Shown: piece by piece, positions 17,462 to 31,015 of the stretch
Numbering within the stretch: the stretch's first letter is position 1
How the letters are laid out: every line of letters begins with the position of its first letter
Assembly: GCA_035554935.1 (NCBI GenBank)
Contig: DATMHM010000094.1
Span: 460-64,459 of the forward strand
Reading direction: 5' to 3'
Source: Nocardioides sp.
GTDB taxonomy: Bacteria; Actinomycetota; Actinomycetes; Propionibacteriales; Nocardioidaceae
Length of the DNA stretch: 64,000 nucleotides
The notes under the pieces: model-generated
The model's input: only the letters and a program-made list of their open reading frames with translations
Told to the model about the DNA's origin: nothing
Databases searched by the model: none
Made by a program: the position numbers and the translations under genes

Positions 17462-18661
17462 ATGATCCGTGCACTCGCGGCCTCGCTGGCCGCCATCAGC
17501 GCGACCCTGGTCGCCCCTCTCACCGCCACCCCCGCCCACGCCGACGGCCCGGGCGTCGGTACGCCGTGGGTCGTCTCGGTCGGCGACTCCTACATCTCCG
17601 GGGAGGCCGGCCGCTGGGCGGGCTCCTCCAACAGCAGCAGCGCCCGCGCCGACGCGCTGGGGGCGAGTGCCTACCACGACAACGCCGCCGGGACCGGCGA
17701 GACGATCAACCGGTGCCACCGCTCGAAGAGCGCCGAGATCCACATCGGCGGCGGCGTGCAGAGCCTCAACCTCGCCTGCTCGGGCGCGAAGACCGCCACC
17801 GCCACCGGCTCGGAGTTCAAGCCCGGTCTCGACTTCTACAGCGGCGCCGAGGGCGTCGGCCAGGCGCGGGCGCTGCAGGGCTTCGCCGCCAGCAACAACG
17901 TGCGGATGGTCGTGGTGTCCATCGGCGGCAACGACTTCAACTTCGCCGGGATCGTGCAGCAGTGCGTGCAGGACTTCCTGATGTCGCCGTCGTGGTGGAA
18001 GGACTACTGCCACGACGACAGCAGCGTGACCAGCAACTTCACCAGCACCAACATCGCGACCATGAGGACCCGGATCGCCGGCGCCCTCACCAACATCCGC
18101 ACCGCCATGCGCAACGCCGGCTACGCCGACAGCCAGTGGACCATGCTCGTGCAGACCTACCCCTCGCCCCTGCCGGGCGGCTCCGGCTTCCGCTACAGCC
18201 AGAGCGGCTACACCCGCCAGGACACCGGCGGCTGCGGCTTCTGGAACGCCGACGCGGACTGGGCCAACAACTCCGCCCTCCCGACCATCAACAACACGGT
18301 CACCGGCGCGATCGCGCAGGCGGGCATCACGAACAGCAAGGTGCTCAACCTCGCCAGCACGTTCAACGGCCGGCGCCTGTGCGAGACCGGCGTCGGACTC
18401 TACGAGGAGGTCGGCATCGCCAACTGGACCTCGACGGGCGCGGTCGACCGGACCGAGTGGGTCAACCAGATCCGCACCGTGACCACCGCCGGCGACAGCC
18501 CCTACTACATCCAGGAGTCGCTGCACCCGAACTACTGGGGCCAGCTCGCCGTCCGCTCCTGCGTCCGCCAGGCGTTCAACGGGGGTACGCCGAAGGGCGG
18601 CGCCTGCGTCCGGACCGGCACCGGGCTGCTGAACGGCGAGCCCCGGATGACCCTCCAGTAG
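17462..18661 (+). CDS. Secreted SGNH/GDSL hydrolase
   Basis: Signal peptide; VGDSYISGE, NLACSGA, SIGGNDF, ESLHPN. Confidence 0.88.
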   Translation: MIRALAASLAAISATLVAPLTATPAHADGPGVGTPWVVSVGDSYISGEAGRWAGSSNSSSARADALGASAYHDNAAGTGETINRCHRSKSAEIHIGGGVQSLNLACSGAKTATATGSEFKPGLDFYSGAEGVGQARALQGFAASNNVRMVVVSIGGNDFNFAGIVQQCVQDFLMSPSWWKDYCHDDSSVTSNFTSTNIATMRTRIAGALTNIRTAMRNAGYADSQWTMLVQTYPSPLPGGSGFRYSQSGYTRQDTGGCGFWNADADWANNSALPTINNTVTGAIAQAGITNSKVLNLASTFNGRRLCETGVGLYEEVGIANWTSTGAVDRTEWVNQIRTVTTAGDSPYYIQESLHPNYWGQLAVRSCVRQAFNGGTPKGGACVRTGTGLLNGEPRMTLQ

Positions 18662-18779
18662 CCGTCGACTTGGGGTTTGCGCCCGTTCACTTGGGGTTTG
18701 CGCCCGTTGAAATGTCAGAACCGCACGACTCGGTCGTGCGGTTCTGACATTTCAACGGGCGCAAACCCCAAGTCGACGG
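18662..18779. repeat. Long palindromic REP/MITE-like element
   Basis: Perfect 41-bp arms 18689-18729 and 18733-18773 with a 3-nt loop; extra 20-bp copy at 18668-18687. Confidence 0.85.
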
Positions 18780-18808
18780 GGGGCGGGCTGAACGGGCCCG
18801 GGACGGGC

Positions 18809-21700
<2,892 letters not shown>

Positions 21701-21723
21701 GCGGCCACTCTACCCAGCGGTTT

Positions 21724-22131
21724 CTAGGCGCCCGATTCGTGGCGCCGGTCGTAGTCGGCGAACGCTTCGGCCCGCTCCCGCTCGATCTTGCGGCCCAGAC
21801 CGTAGGCGGTGGCCCACAGCAGCGCGAAGATGCCGCCGAGCACGAACATCAGCGGCGCGAGGAGCCCGAGCGCGACCGCGGCGACCTGCAGGACGTGCCC
21901 CAGGACGTAGCCGGAGGGGCGGCGCAGCATCCCCGCCGCGAGCACGCAGGCCAGCGCGACGCCCAGGCCCGCGGGAAGCGCGACGGCGGGCCGGATCCCG
22001 GAGATCGCGATCATCACCGGGGTGGAGAGGGCCACCGCGATCGCCTCGAGCGAGAGCACGGCGGCGCACATCGCCCGCCGCGGCGACTTCGTCCGCTCGC
22101 GGTCGATGGCGGCCGACGTCTCGTCGCTCAC
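21724..22131 (-). CDS. DUF4233 membrane protein
   Basis: RRAMCAAVLSLEAI..., four TM segments; GTGA overlap with folC, its usual neighbour. Confidence 0.82.
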   Translation of the reverse strand: MSDETSAAIDRERTKSPRRAMCAAVLSLEAIAVALSTPVMIAISGIRPAVALPAGLGVALACVLAAGMLRRPSGYVLGHVLQVAAVALGLLAPLMFVLGGIFALLWATAYGLGRKIERERAEAFADYDRRHESGA

Positions 22132-23480
22132 TTCCGGCCCCCGAGCAGCAGCCGGGCCTCGCCGACGGTGACCACGGAGCCGGTGACGAGCACGGCGCCG
22201 GAACTGAGGGCGTCGCTGCCCGCGGCCTCGGCCCGGGCCGCTGCCTCGTCGATCGCGTCGGCGAGCGACGGTACGACGGACACCCGGTCCTCCCCGAAGA
22301 CCTCCCGTGCGGTCTCGGCGAGCACGTCGGCCGGGAGCGCCCGGGAGGTGGAGTTCTGGGTGACGACGACGTGCGCGAGGTGCGGCTCGAACGCCGCGAG
22401 CAGGCCCTCGGCGTCCTTGTCCCCCATCACGCCGATGACGCCGATGAGCGGGTCGAACTGGAAGGAGTCGTCGAGCGCGGCGGCGGTGGCCTCGGCCCCG
22501 TGCGGGTTGTGGGCGGCGTCGAGGACGATCGTGGGGCTGCGCCGGACGACCTCGAGCCGGCCGGGCGAGGTCGCGGCCGCGAACGCGCCGCGGACCACGT
22601 CGTCGCCGAGCGGCTCGTCGCCGCCGACGAAGGCCTCCACCGCGGCGAGGGCAGCCGCGGCGTTCTGCGCCTGGTGGGCGCCGTAGAGCGGGAGGAACAC
22701 CTCGTCGTACCGTCCGCGCAGGCCCTGCAGGGTGACCGCCTGGCCGCCGACCGCCGGGACCCGGGAGACCACGCCGAACTCGAGGCCCTCGCGGGCGACG
22801 GTCGCGCCGACCTCGGCCGCGCGCTCCAGGAGCACGGCGGCCACGTCGGCGGCCTGCTGGGCGAGGATCGCGACCGCGCCCGGCTTGATGATGCCGGCCT
22901 TCTCGCGGGCGATCTCGACGGCCGTCCCGCCGAGGTAGTTGGCGTGGTCGACCGCGATCGGCGTGACCACCGCGACGTCGGCGTCGATCACGTTGGTGGC
23001 GTCCCACGACCCGCCCATGCCGACCTCGACGACGGCGACGTCGACCGGGGCGTCGGCGAACGCGGCGTAGGCCATGCCCACGACGGTCTCGAAGAAGCTC
23101 AGCGGGTGCGCCTCGGCCTGGTCGACCAGGTGCGTGTAGGGGGCGACGTCGTTGAACGCCCGGACGAACGACTCGTCGTCGAGCGGCTCGCCGTCGATGC
23201 TGATCCGCTCGCCCATCCGCTCGACGTGCGGACTCGTGAACCGGCCGGTGCGCAGGTCGAGCGCGCGCAGCAGGGCGTCGACCATCCGCGCCGTGGACGT
23301 CTTGCCGTTGGTACCGGTCAGGTGGATCGAGCGGTAGGAGCGCTGCGGATCGCCGAGCAGCTCGGTGAACGCGCGGATCCGGTCGAGGGAGGGCTCCAGC
23401 CGGGTCTCCGGCCACCGGGACAGCAGGGCGTCCTCGGCCTCGGCGACGGTCTCGGCTGGGCGCGCAACGGGCTCGTTCAT
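22128..23480 (-). CDS. folC: Folylpolyglutamate synthase / dihydrofolate synthase
   Basis: HLTGTNGKTS, FTSPH, EVGMGGSWDATN, PGRLE, LDAAHNPHG. Confidence 0.97.
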   Translation of the reverse strand: MNEPVARPAETVAEAEDALLSRWPETRLEPSLDRIRAFTELLGDPQRSYRSIHLTGTNGKTSTARMVDALLRALDLRTGRFTSPHVERMGERISIDGEPLDDESFVRAFNDVAPYTHLVDQAEAHPLSFFETVVGMAYAAFADAPVDVAVVEVGMGGSWDATNVIDADVAVVTPIAVDHANYLGGTAVEIAREKAGIIKPGAVAILAQQAADVAAVLLERAAEVGATVAREGLEFGVVSRVPAVGGQAVTLQGLRGRYDEVFLPLYGAHQAQNAAAALAAVEAFVGGDEPLGDDVVRGAFAAATSPGRLEVVRRSPTIVLDAAHNPHGAEATAAALDDSFQFDPLIGVIGVMGDKDAEGLLAAFEPHLAHVVVTQNSTSRALPADVLAETAREVFGEDRVSVVPSLADAIDEAAARAEAAGSDALSSGAVLVTGSVVTVGEARLLLGGRK

Positions 23481-23517
23481 GGCGTTCGAAGTCTAGGGCC
23501 CGGGGCGGGGAACTACT

Positions 23518-24753
23518 GTGTCGCCCCGGGGAGGGGGTGGACGCGTGGGACGTCGTGCACTGGTGGCGCTGGCGGCGGTCGCTGCGACGCTCGTCGCGGG
23601 CTGTGCCGCGAGCGGCGACGAGGCGCCGTCGGCCGCGCCGACGACCTCGCCGGGGTCCTCGCCGGGGTCCTCGCAGGCCCCGCTGATTCCGGAGCCCACC
23701 GAGGTGCCCACCGTGCTCCCCGAGGACGTCCTCGCCGGCGAGATGCAGGACCTCGCCCAGCTGGCCGAGCGGCTCGCCCAGCAGCTGCCCCAGCAGCGCC
23801 GTCCCGAGCCGGTCGCCATGGCCGCCGGCAGCGAGCAGTGGCGGCCCGGGGTCGCCTACCGGGGCTACTTCGCGGACCCGGACGTCGTGCGCCACCGCGG
23901 CCGCTGGTACGCCTACGCGACCAACGCCGCCCACCTCCGGCTGCCGACGCTCACCTCGACCGACCTGCGCACGTGGCTCCCGCTGGCCGACGCCGCCGGT
24001 CGCCGTGTCGACCCGCTGCAGCCGGCCGGCTGGGTCCGCAGCCGGGGCAGCGGCCAGAGCCTGTGGGCCCCCGGCGTCGGCAAGGTGGGCAACGGCTGGA
24101 CGGCCGCGTACGCCGCCCCGGCCGGCACCAGCGGCGGGAAGCGGCACAACTGCATCGGCCTGTCCCGTGGACCCTCCCCCGCGGGCCCGTTCCGCCCGGT
24201 CGGCGAGCCGCTCTGCTACGGCCAGGCCCAGCTCGGCGTCATCGACCCCGACGTGTTCGTCGACGACGCCGGCGTGCCGTGGCTGCTCTGGAAGTTCTCC
24301 GGAGTGGTCGGCCAGCGGCCCGCCGGCCTGTTCATCCGCCAGCTGGCCCGGGACGGTGCCGGCTTCGCCGAAGGGTCCGAGACCCGCGAGCTGCTCACCC
24401 TCGCCGAGCCGTGGGAGGGGGACACCATCGAGAATCCGAGCATGGTCCAGTTCCGGGGCGTGACCTACCTCTTCTACTCCGGCAACTCGTGGGAGGACGC
24501 CGACTACGCCACCGGCTACGCGATCTGTGCGGGACCCACCGGTCCGTGCGTGCGCCAGAACCGCGGCCTGCCGCTGCTCTCGACCGCCTCGACCGGCCGG
24601 CTCGGCCCGGGCGGCGGCGCCGCCTTCGTCGACGCGACGTCGCTGCGGATGGCCTACCACGCCTGGGACCGGGTCGGACGGCTGCGCCGGCTGCACGTCG
24701 CGAGCCTGTGGCAGCGCCCGGACGGCACCCTCGAGGTCGTCGACCCGGGCTAG
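23518..24753 (+). CDS. GH43-like five-bladed beta-propeller glycoside hydrolase lipoprotein
   Basis: Lipobox LVAGC; FADPDV, LWAP, IDPDVFVDD, IENP, YLFYSGN. Confidence 0.88.
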   Translation: MSPRGGGGRVGRRALVALAAVAATLVAGCAASGDEAPSAAPTTSPGSSPGSSQAPLIPEPTEVPTVLPEDVLAGEMQDLAQLAERLAQQLPQQRRPEPVAMAAGSEQWRPGVAYRGYFADPDVVRHRGRWYAYATNAAHLRLPTLTSTDLRTWLPLADAAGRRVDPLQPAGWVRSRGSGQSLWAPGVGKVGNGWTAAYAAPAGTSGGKRHNCIGLSRGPSPAGPFRPVGEPLCYGQAQLGVIDPDVFVDDAGVPWLLWKFSGVVGQRPAGLFIRQLARDGAGFAEGSETRELLTLAEPWEGDTIENPSMVQFRGVTYLFYSGNSWEDADYATGYAICAGPTGPCVRQNRGLPLLSTASTGRLGPGGGAAFVDATSLRMAYHAWDRVGRLRRLHVASLWQRPDGTLEVVDPG

Positions 24754-25640
24754 CGGGCTCGCTCGACCAGCATCCGCATCCACCCGGCGACCTGCCACAT
24801 CGTCGGCTCCGCGGCGTCGAAGACGTCGGCGTGCCGCCAGTAGCCGTGCAGCTGCCCGAGGTAGCGGGTGGCGACGACCTCGACCCCCGCCTCGGCCAGT
24901 ACGGCGGCGAGGTGCTCCCCCTCGTCGCGCACCGGGTCGTACTCGGCGGTCGTCACCAGGGTGGGTGGCAGCGTGCCGAGCCGGTCCGAGCGCAGCGGCG
25001 CGAGGTCGGGGTGCTCGAGGTCGGCTGGCGAGGCGGCGTACTGCTGCCAGTACCAGGCGGCCTCGGCGGGGTCGAAGCCGATGCCCTCGAGCCGGTAGGA
25101 GTCGTGGGCGGCGGTCGGGTCGAGGAAGGGATAGACCAGCGCCACGCCCGCGAACCGGCCGGGGTGCCGCAGCGCGGTGACCAGCGCGAGGTTCCCCCCG
25201 GCGCTGTCGCCGTGGGCGAAGGCCGGCAGGCCGGCGAGGCCGGGCTGGGCGTCGAGCCAGCCGACGGCCGCCGACATGTCGTCGGGAGCGGCAGGGAACC
25301 GGTGCTCGGGCGGACGCCGGTAGTCGACGCTGAGCACGGCCGTGCGGGCGATCGTGGCGAAGCGCCGGACCGCCGCGTCGTGGACCTCGACGTCGTTGAA
25401 GACGAAGCCGCCGCCGTGCGCGTGGACGACCACGGCGTCGTACCCCTCGGGGAGGTAGAGGCGCGCGGGCACGCCCCCGGCGTCCACGTCGCGCACCTCC
25501 GCGACCGGCACCTTCACCTGCTGGGCGGCGCGGGCGCGGTCCTGCTCCCGCTTCGCTGCGACGTCGTGGGCCGGGTCGGTGACCGGGAGGCCGTCGTCGG
25601 GCATCTCGAGGGCCCGGCGAGCCTGGGGGTGGAGGGGCAT
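24750..25640 (-). CDS. Alpha/beta hydrolase (HSL-family esterase)
   Basis: HGGGF, VDYRRPPEHRFP, GDSAGG, DPVRDEG. Confidence 0.93.
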   Translation of the reverse strand: MPLHPQARRALEMPDDGLPVTDPAHDVAAKREQDRARAAQQVKVPVAEVRDVDAGGVPARLYLPEGYDAVVVHAHGGGFVFNDVEVHDAAVRRFATIARTAVLSVDYRRPPEHRFPAAPDDMSAAVGWLDAQPGLAGLPAFAHGDSAGGNLALVTALRHPGRFAGVALVYPFLDPTAAHDSYRLEGIGFDPAEAAWYWQQYAASPADLEHPDLAPLRSDRLGTLPPTLVTTAEYDPVRDEGEHLAAVLAEAGVEVVATRYLGQLHGYWRHADVFDAAEPTMWQVAGWMRMLVERAR

Positions 25641-25649
25641 GCGTCGACC

Positions 25650-26561
25650 CTAGGACCCCGGCCGCACGGCCAGCTGGACGGTGTCCACCACGGGCCGGTA
25701 GCCGAGGGCCAGGTAGAGCGCGTTGGACGTGGGGTTGGCCTGGTCGGTGAACAGGATCGCGCGCTCGCCCCGGGTCAGGACCGCGCGTGAGACCTCCGCG
25801 ACCGCCGCGGCCGCCCAGCCGCGGCCGCGCTCCTCCGCGGGCGTGAACACCGGACCGATCCGGGTCACCCCGAACGCAGGCGGGTTCGCGCCGGTGAGGT
25901 GGACCGGGCGATCGGCGTCGTCGACCCAGAACCACAGGACCCCGTCCGCCAGCTTCCGCTGGACGTCGGGGAGTCCGAAGCCCGATGCCTCGAGCAGGTG
26001 CCCGGTCTGCCGGCCCGCCTGCTCGTCGGCGTCGCGGAAGAACTGCTGGATCCACTCGAGCGCCAGGCCTGCCTCGTCCGCGCGGACCGGCCGCAGGTGC
26101 CCAACCACCGCGCGGGGCTCGACCAGGTCGGCCGGGGCCGCGAGCTCGAGCAACCGCTGGTGGACGTGCACCTCGACCGCACCACCCTCGACCCCGGCGA
26201 CCGTGGCGGCGAAGACGTCCGCGGCGGGCCGGAGCCCGGCGGCCCCGCGGACGTCGTACCCCCTCGCCAGGACGGCGTGCGCGAGCGCGACCGCCGCGGC
26301 GTCCGGCATCGCGAGCAGGTACGGCGGCCACGGCTCGAACGGGGCGGCCCGCATCGCGAGCCCGACGGGCTCGCCGGTCCGGTCGGACACGACCGCGAAC
26401 CACCAGTCGGGGATGCCCGCGGGTGCGCCGTGGGCCGCCATGCGCTGCACCGCGGTGGCGAGCACGGTCGCACTCACCGGGTCGCGGTCGAGGACGCCAC
26501 CGGCACGCGCGAGGAAGGCCTCCGCGTCGTCGGTGAACCAGACGTCGTGGCCGTTGCCCAT
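25650..26561 (-). CDS. GNAT N-acetyltransferase
   Basis: RIGPVFTPAEERGRGWA, LFTDQANPTSNALY. Confidence 0.88.
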   Translation of the reverse strand: MGNGHDVWFTDDAEAFLARAGGVLDRDPVSATVLATAVQRMAAHGAPAGIPDWWFAVVSDRTGEPVGLAMRAAPFEPWPPYLLAMPDAAAVALAHAVLARGYDVRGAAGLRPAADVFAATVAGVEGGAVEVHVHQRLLELAAPADLVEPRAVVGHLRPVRADEAGLALEWIQQFFRDADEQAGRQTGHLLEASGFGLPDVQRKLADGVLWFWVDDADRPVHLTGANPPAFGVTRIGPVFTPAEERGRGWAAAAVAEVSRAVLTRGERAILFTDQANPTSNALYLALGYRPVVDTVQLAVRPGS

Positions 26562-26630
26562 GGAGGGATGGTGCTCGCTCCATGACGAGCACTCAAACGG
26601 GTTTCCCCCGCCGAGCGACCCCCCGACCGG

Positions 26631-28433
26631 TCACCCTCCCAGCCGGGCGAGCTCCTCGTCGATGATCGTGGGGTCGAGCTTGGTGAAGACCGGCGTCGGC
26701 TTCGCGACCGGGCGGCCGACCTCGACCGGGTGCCGCTGCCAGGCTGGGGCCCCGGTGTAGTCGCCGGAGATGATCGGATAGCTGCGGCTCTGGTCGTCCA
26801 GATCGGCGACCTCCTCGATCCGCGGCATCGGCGCGATCGCCCCGGCCCCGCCGAAGGCCTTGTCGACCTCGTTGGCGGAGAACGGCAGGAACGGGCTGAG
26901 CACGAGGTTCAGGTCGGCGACGCACTGGGCCATCACGTGCAGTACGGTGCCGAGGCGGGCCGGGTCGTCCTTGATCTTCCACGGCTCGGTGTCGGAGACG
27001 TACTTGTTGACCTCCGCGACGGCCCGCATCGCCTCGCCGATCGCCTGCTTCTGGCGGTGCCGGCCGATCAGGTCCCCGACCGTGTCGAAGGCGGCCGCGG
27101 TGGCGTCGAGGACCGCCCGGTCCTCGGCGGTCAGCTCAGCTGCGGCCGGGATCTCCCCGAAGTTCTTCGCGATCAGGTTGGCGGTGCGGTTGACGAGGTT
27201 GCCCCAGCCGGCGACCAGCTCGTCGTTGGTACGGCGCACGAATTCCGCCCAGGTGAAGTCGGAGTCCTGGTTCTCCGGGCCCGCGGCGGCGACGAAGTAG
27301 CGGAACGCGTCGGGTTGGTAGCGCGCGAGCAGGTCGTGCACGTAGATGACGACCTTCTTCGACGACGAGAACTTCCGGCCCTCCATCGTGAGGAACTCGC
27401 TGGAGACCACCTCGGTCGGCAGGTTGAGCACGCCGTACTCGCGCGGCTCGCCGCCCTTGTCGCCCCTGCCGGCATAGGCGAGCAGCTCGGCCGGCCAGAT
27501 CTGCGAGTGGAAGGTGATGTTGTCCTTGCCCATGAAGTAGTAGGACTCGGCGGGCGTGGGGCCGGTCGAGGGGTTCCACCAGGCCCGCCACGCCTCCGGG
27601 TCACCGCTGCGGCGGGCCCACTCGATCGACGCCGAGAGGTAGCCGATGACGGCGTCGAACCAGACGTAGAGCTTCTTGGTCGGATTCTCCCGCCACCCGT
27701 CCAGCGGTACGGCGATGCCCCAGTCGATGTCGCGCGTCATCGCCCGCGGACGGATCTCGTCGAGGATGTTCTTCGAGAACCGGATCACGTTCGGCCGCCA
27801 CAGGCCGGTCGCCTCACGCTCGTCGAGCCACTCCTGGAGCGCGTCCGCGAGCGCCGGCAGGTCGAGGAAGAAGTGCTGGGTCTCGATGAACTCGGGTGTC
27901 TCGCCGTTGATCTTCGACCGCGGGTCGATCAGGTCGTGCGGGTCGAGCTGGTTGCCGCAGTTGTCGCACTGGTCGCCGCGGGCGCCCTCGTAGCCGCAGA
28001 TCGGGCAGGTGCCCTCGATGTAGCGGTCGGGCAGGGTGCGGCCGGTCGACGGCGAGATCGCCCCGTAGGTCGTCTGCTCGACGAAGTAGCCGTTCTCGTA
28101 CACGCCGAGGAAGAGCTCCTGCACCACGGCGTGGTGGTTGCGGGTCGTCGTACGCGTGTAGAGGTCGTAGCTGACGCCCAGGCCCACGAGGTCCTCGACG
28201 ATGAGCCGGTGATTCTTGTCGGCCAGCTCCTGCGGGGTCATCCCCGCCTCGTCGGCGGCGATCAGGATCGGCGTGCCGTGCTCGTCGGACCCCGAGACCA
28301 TGAGCACGTCGCTGCCCGCCATCCGCTGGTAGCGGCTGAAGACGTCGGACGGCACGCCGAAGCCGGCCACGTGGCCGATGTGGCGGGGCCCATTGGCGTA
28401 CGGCCAGGCGACGGCGGAGAGGACATGCGTCAT
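26631..28433 (-). CDS. metG: Methionine--tRNA ligase
   Basis: [15 protein letters not shown]...CDNC knuckle, YVWFDA, GKDN, KFSSS. Confidence 0.98.
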   Translation of the reverse strand: MTHVLSAVAWPYANGPRHIGHVAGFGVPSDVFSRYQRMAGSDVLMVSGSDEHGTPILIAADEAGMTPQELADKNHRLIVEDLVGLGVSYDLYTRTTTRNHHAVVQELFLGVYENGYFVEQTTYGAISPSTGRTLPDRYIEGTCPICGYEGARGDQCDNCGNQLDPHDLIDPRSKINGETPEFIETQHFFLDLPALADALQEWLDEREATGLWRPNVIRFSKNILDEIRPRAMTRDIDWGIAVPLDGWRENPTKKLYVWFDAVIGYLSASIEWARRSGDPEAWRAWWNPSTGPTPAESYYFMGKDNITFHSQIWPAELLAYAGRGDKGGEPREYGVLNLPTEVVSSEFLTMEGRKFSSSKKVVIYVHDLLARYQPDAFRYFVAAAGPENQDSDFTWAEFVRRTNDELVAGWGNLVNRTANLIAKNFGEIPAAAELTAEDRAVLDATAAAFDTVGDLIGRHRQKQAIGEAMRAVAEVNKYVSDTEPWKIKDDPARLGTVLHVMAQCVADLNLVLSPFLPFSANEVDKAFGGAGAIAPMPRIEEVADLDDQSRSYPIISGDYTGAPAWQRHPVEVGRPVAKPTPVFTKLDPTIIDEELARLGG

Positions 28434-28447
28434 GGGGAGGATCCTAT

Positions 28448-28486
28448 TGACTCGGTCGCCGGACCTCGCGGCCGGCGACCGACTCA
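28448..28486 (-). terminator. Hairpin downstream of the Rv2466c-like gene, abutting the metG -10 element
   Basis: TGACTCGGTCGCCGG...CCGGCGACCGACTCA (one mismatch). Confidence 0.55.
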
Positions 28487-28501
28487 GCGGCGACCAGCCC
28501 C

Positions 28502-29122
28502 CTAGCTGAAGTCCAGATCCCCCGTGCGCGAGCGCTTGAGCTCGTAGAAGTAGGGGAACGACGCGACCGCGACCGTGCCGTCCCAGAGCCGGCCGGCGTC
28601 CTCGCCCCGCGGGATCCTCGAGAGGACGGGACCGAAGAACGCGCTGCCGTTGACGTGGATGGTCGGCGTGCCGACGTCGTTGCCGACCGCGTCCATCCCC
28701 TCGTGGTGGGAGCGGGCCACCGCGTCGTCGTACGACGGGTCACCGGCCGCCTCGACCAGGTCCGGGTCGAGGCCGACCTCGTCGAGGACCTCGGCGATCA
28801 GGGCGAGCCCGCCGTCGGGCTGCTCGTGGAGCGTGCGGCCCTCGATGTGGATCCGCTGCCCGAAGGCGTCGTAGAGCGGACGGAGCACCTTGTCGCCGTA
28901 GCGCTCCTGGGCGGCGACCAGCACCCGGACCGGTCCCCAGGCAGGGGCGAGCATGGTGCGGTAGTCGTCGGGGATGTCGCGGTCCTTGTTGAGGTAGGCC
29001 AGCGACATGACGTGCCAGTGCACCTCGACGTCCCGGACCTGCTCGACCTCGAGGATCCAGCGGGACGTGATCCAGGCGAACGGGCAGAGGGGGTCGAACC
29101 AGAGATCAGCGCGGTTGGTCAT
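28502..29122 (-). CDS. DsbA-family mycothiol-dependent reductase (Rv2466c-like)
   Basis: [37 protein letters not shown]; close to pepN as in other actinobacteria. Confidence 0.9.
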   Translation of the reverse strand: MTNRADLWFDPLCPFAWITSRWILEVEQVRDVEVHWHVMSLAYLNKDRDIPDDYRTMLAPAWGPVRVLVAAQERYGDKVLRPLYDAFGQRIHIEGRTLHEQPDGGLALIAEVLDEVGLDPDLVEAAGDPSYDDAVARSHHEGMDAVGNDVGTPTIHVNGSAFFGPVLSRIPRGEDAGRLWDGTVAVASFPYFYELKRSRTGDLDFS

Positions 29123-29191
29123 GTCCACCCAACCCCGTCCCGCCCCGGCAGCATTCCCCGCACGGGGGTGGGACACCGGGCCACGGCCCGG

Positions 29192-30841
29192 TCAGCGCAG
29201 GACGACCGAGCCTGCGAACCACCGCTGCAGGACGACGTCGTTGCCGAGGTAGTGCACGCCGAGCGGCTTCTCGCCGCGCGCCAGCGGGCCGAACCGGACC
29301 GTGCTGGCGCGACCGTCGACGAGGTCCACCCGCTTCAGGTAGCGACCGACCCGCATCCGCACCTGCCCGTCGACGGTGTCGACGCCGGGAGCGGTCACCC
29401 GGGCCGTCACGACCACGTAGCGGCCGCGAACGGCGGTGCGCACGGTGATCGTCGGGCGCACGGTGACGCGGCCCGTGTTCGGCACGGTCTCGACGAGCGG
29501 TCGGTAGTCGGGCCGGGTGACCTCGGTCTGCACCGTGACGATCCGGCCCACGTCGGCCGCGCCGAGGCGGTAGCGCAGATGGGTCGCGCCGGGGATCGGG
29601 ACGCCGTCGCGCAGCCACTGGTGGGTGACCGTCGCGTCCGCGGGCGTGTAGGTCCCGGGCCGTACGGCGAGCACCCGGCCGGCCTGCGCGATGCCGGCGA
29701 TCGTCGTCGGGCTGGTCACCTCGATCGTGCCGGCGAGCACCGGGCCGACCTTGCCGGGAGCGCTCATCTTCGCGGCCCGGTAGCCGTCCTTCCGGGCGAC
29801 CACGACGGCCTGGACGCGCTTCCCGACGTGCTCGGGCAGCAGCGTCAGCTCGGCCGTGCTGGCGTCCGGCACGCGCACCCCGTCGACGAACCAGCGCCAG
29901 GTGAGGTCGGGGTCCGGCAGGTTCCACGTGCCACCCGTCGCGGTCAGGGCGTTGCCGGCGATCGGCTCACCCGAGATGAGCGGTCGGTCGGCGGGGACCA
30001 ACGTGCCCTTGGCCACGGAGGTCGTGGGCTCGGTGGTGACGGTCACCGGCGTGTAGCCCGACCGGGTGGCGGTGACGCGGACCGAGATGCGCTTGCCGTA
30101 GTCCGCGGCGACCGGCGTGTAGCTGCGTCGGGTCGCGCCCGGGATCACCTCGCCGCCGGCGAGCCACTCGTAGCGGAAGCTCGCGGTGGCGTTCCACGTG
30201 CCCGGCGCCGCGGTGAGGGTGGAGCCGACGGTCGGTGTGCCGGAGACCGTGGCGGGCTCGGACTGCCGCAGCTGCTTGTCGGTGAAGTGGATGAAGCCGG
30301 TGGGCCACCGCCCGCTCGACTTCGTCACCCGGCGCCAGTGGAACGTGCCGCCCCAGCTGTCCTCGGAGATGATGATCTCGCTCGACGACACGACCCGCTC
30401 GACGTAGGCGACGTGGCCCGCGGACCCGCTGCCGTTGTCGTAGCGGCCCCACCAGGCGATCGCCCCGACGTTGGGGACCTGGTCGGTGATCGACCTCATC
30501 TCCAGGCCCCACTCGCTCGCATTGCCGCCGCCGCTCCACGGGCGGGTCGCGGGGCCGCCGTCCTTGATCACCCGGTAGGCGACGTAGTTGGTGCAGTTGT
30601 GGCCGGCGTACATCCGCCAGTACATCCGCCCGCTGACCGCGCCGTAGCCCGCGTCCGAGTAGCCGGCGCTGCGGCATCCGGAGTAACCGCTGCAGAAGTA
30701 GGTCGTCGCTGCCGATGGGGTGACCGGGACCGTGGTCCCCGTCGTCCGGGGCAGGCCCCCGACGAACACCAGAACGGTCGCGAACAAGGCGCTGGCAGCC
30801 ATCGAGGTCCCCCAGCGCACGGCCCTACCCCGGTTGCGCAT
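29192..30841 (-). CDS. Secreted CHAP-domain peptidoglycan hydrolase with Ig-like beta repeats
   Basis: HNCTNYVAYR, GNASEW, GHVAYVE; three repeats of the type VG.TLTA..GTW...WL..G..IPGAT; start uncertain. Confidence 0.88.
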   Translation of the reverse strand: MRNRGRAVRWGTSMAASALFATVLVFVGGLPRTTGTTVPVTPSAATTYFCSGYSGCRSAGYSDAGYGAVSGRMYWRMYAGHNCTNYVAYRVIKDGGPATRPWSGGGNASEWGLEMRSITDQVPNVGAIAWWGRYDNGSGSAGHVAYVERVVSSSEIIISEDSWGGTFHWRRVTKSSGRWPTGFIHFTDKQLRQSEPATVSGTPTVGSTLTAAPGTWNATASFRYEWLAGGEVIPGATRRSYTPVAADYGKRISVRVTATRSGYTPVTVTTEPTTSVAKGTLVPADRPLISGEPIAGNALTATGGTWNLPDPDLTWRWFVDGVRVPDASTAELTLLPEHVGKRVQAVVVARKDGYRAAKMSAPGKVGPVLAGTIEVTSPTTIAGIAQAGRVLAVRPGTYTPADATVTHQWLRDGVPIPGATHLRYRLGAADVGRIVTVQTEVTRPDYRPLVETVPNTGRVTVRPTITVRTAVRGRYVVVTARVTAPGVDTVDGQVRMRVGRYLKRVDLVDGRASTVRFGPLARGEKPLGVHYLGNDVVLQRWFAGSVVLR

Positions 30842-31015
30842 GTCGAACACCATCGGCCACATCCGCCCCGTTGCGCAACAAAAACCCCGAAAAACTCACC
30901 TGTCACTGGCGTGTCGCGTTGACATTTCAGAGTTACACCGTTGTAGTTCGCCGCTCGCGACCTGCGGGTGCGCCCGTTTGTCTGACAATGTGGCCCGGGT
31001 GCAAGGATGGCCGGC

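Noticed and set aside
30860-31010. c-di-AMP (ydaO) riboswitch upstream of the CHAP hydrolase
   Set aside because: I could not find the conserved riboswitch motifs or pairing; it looks like a plain AT-rich divergent promoter
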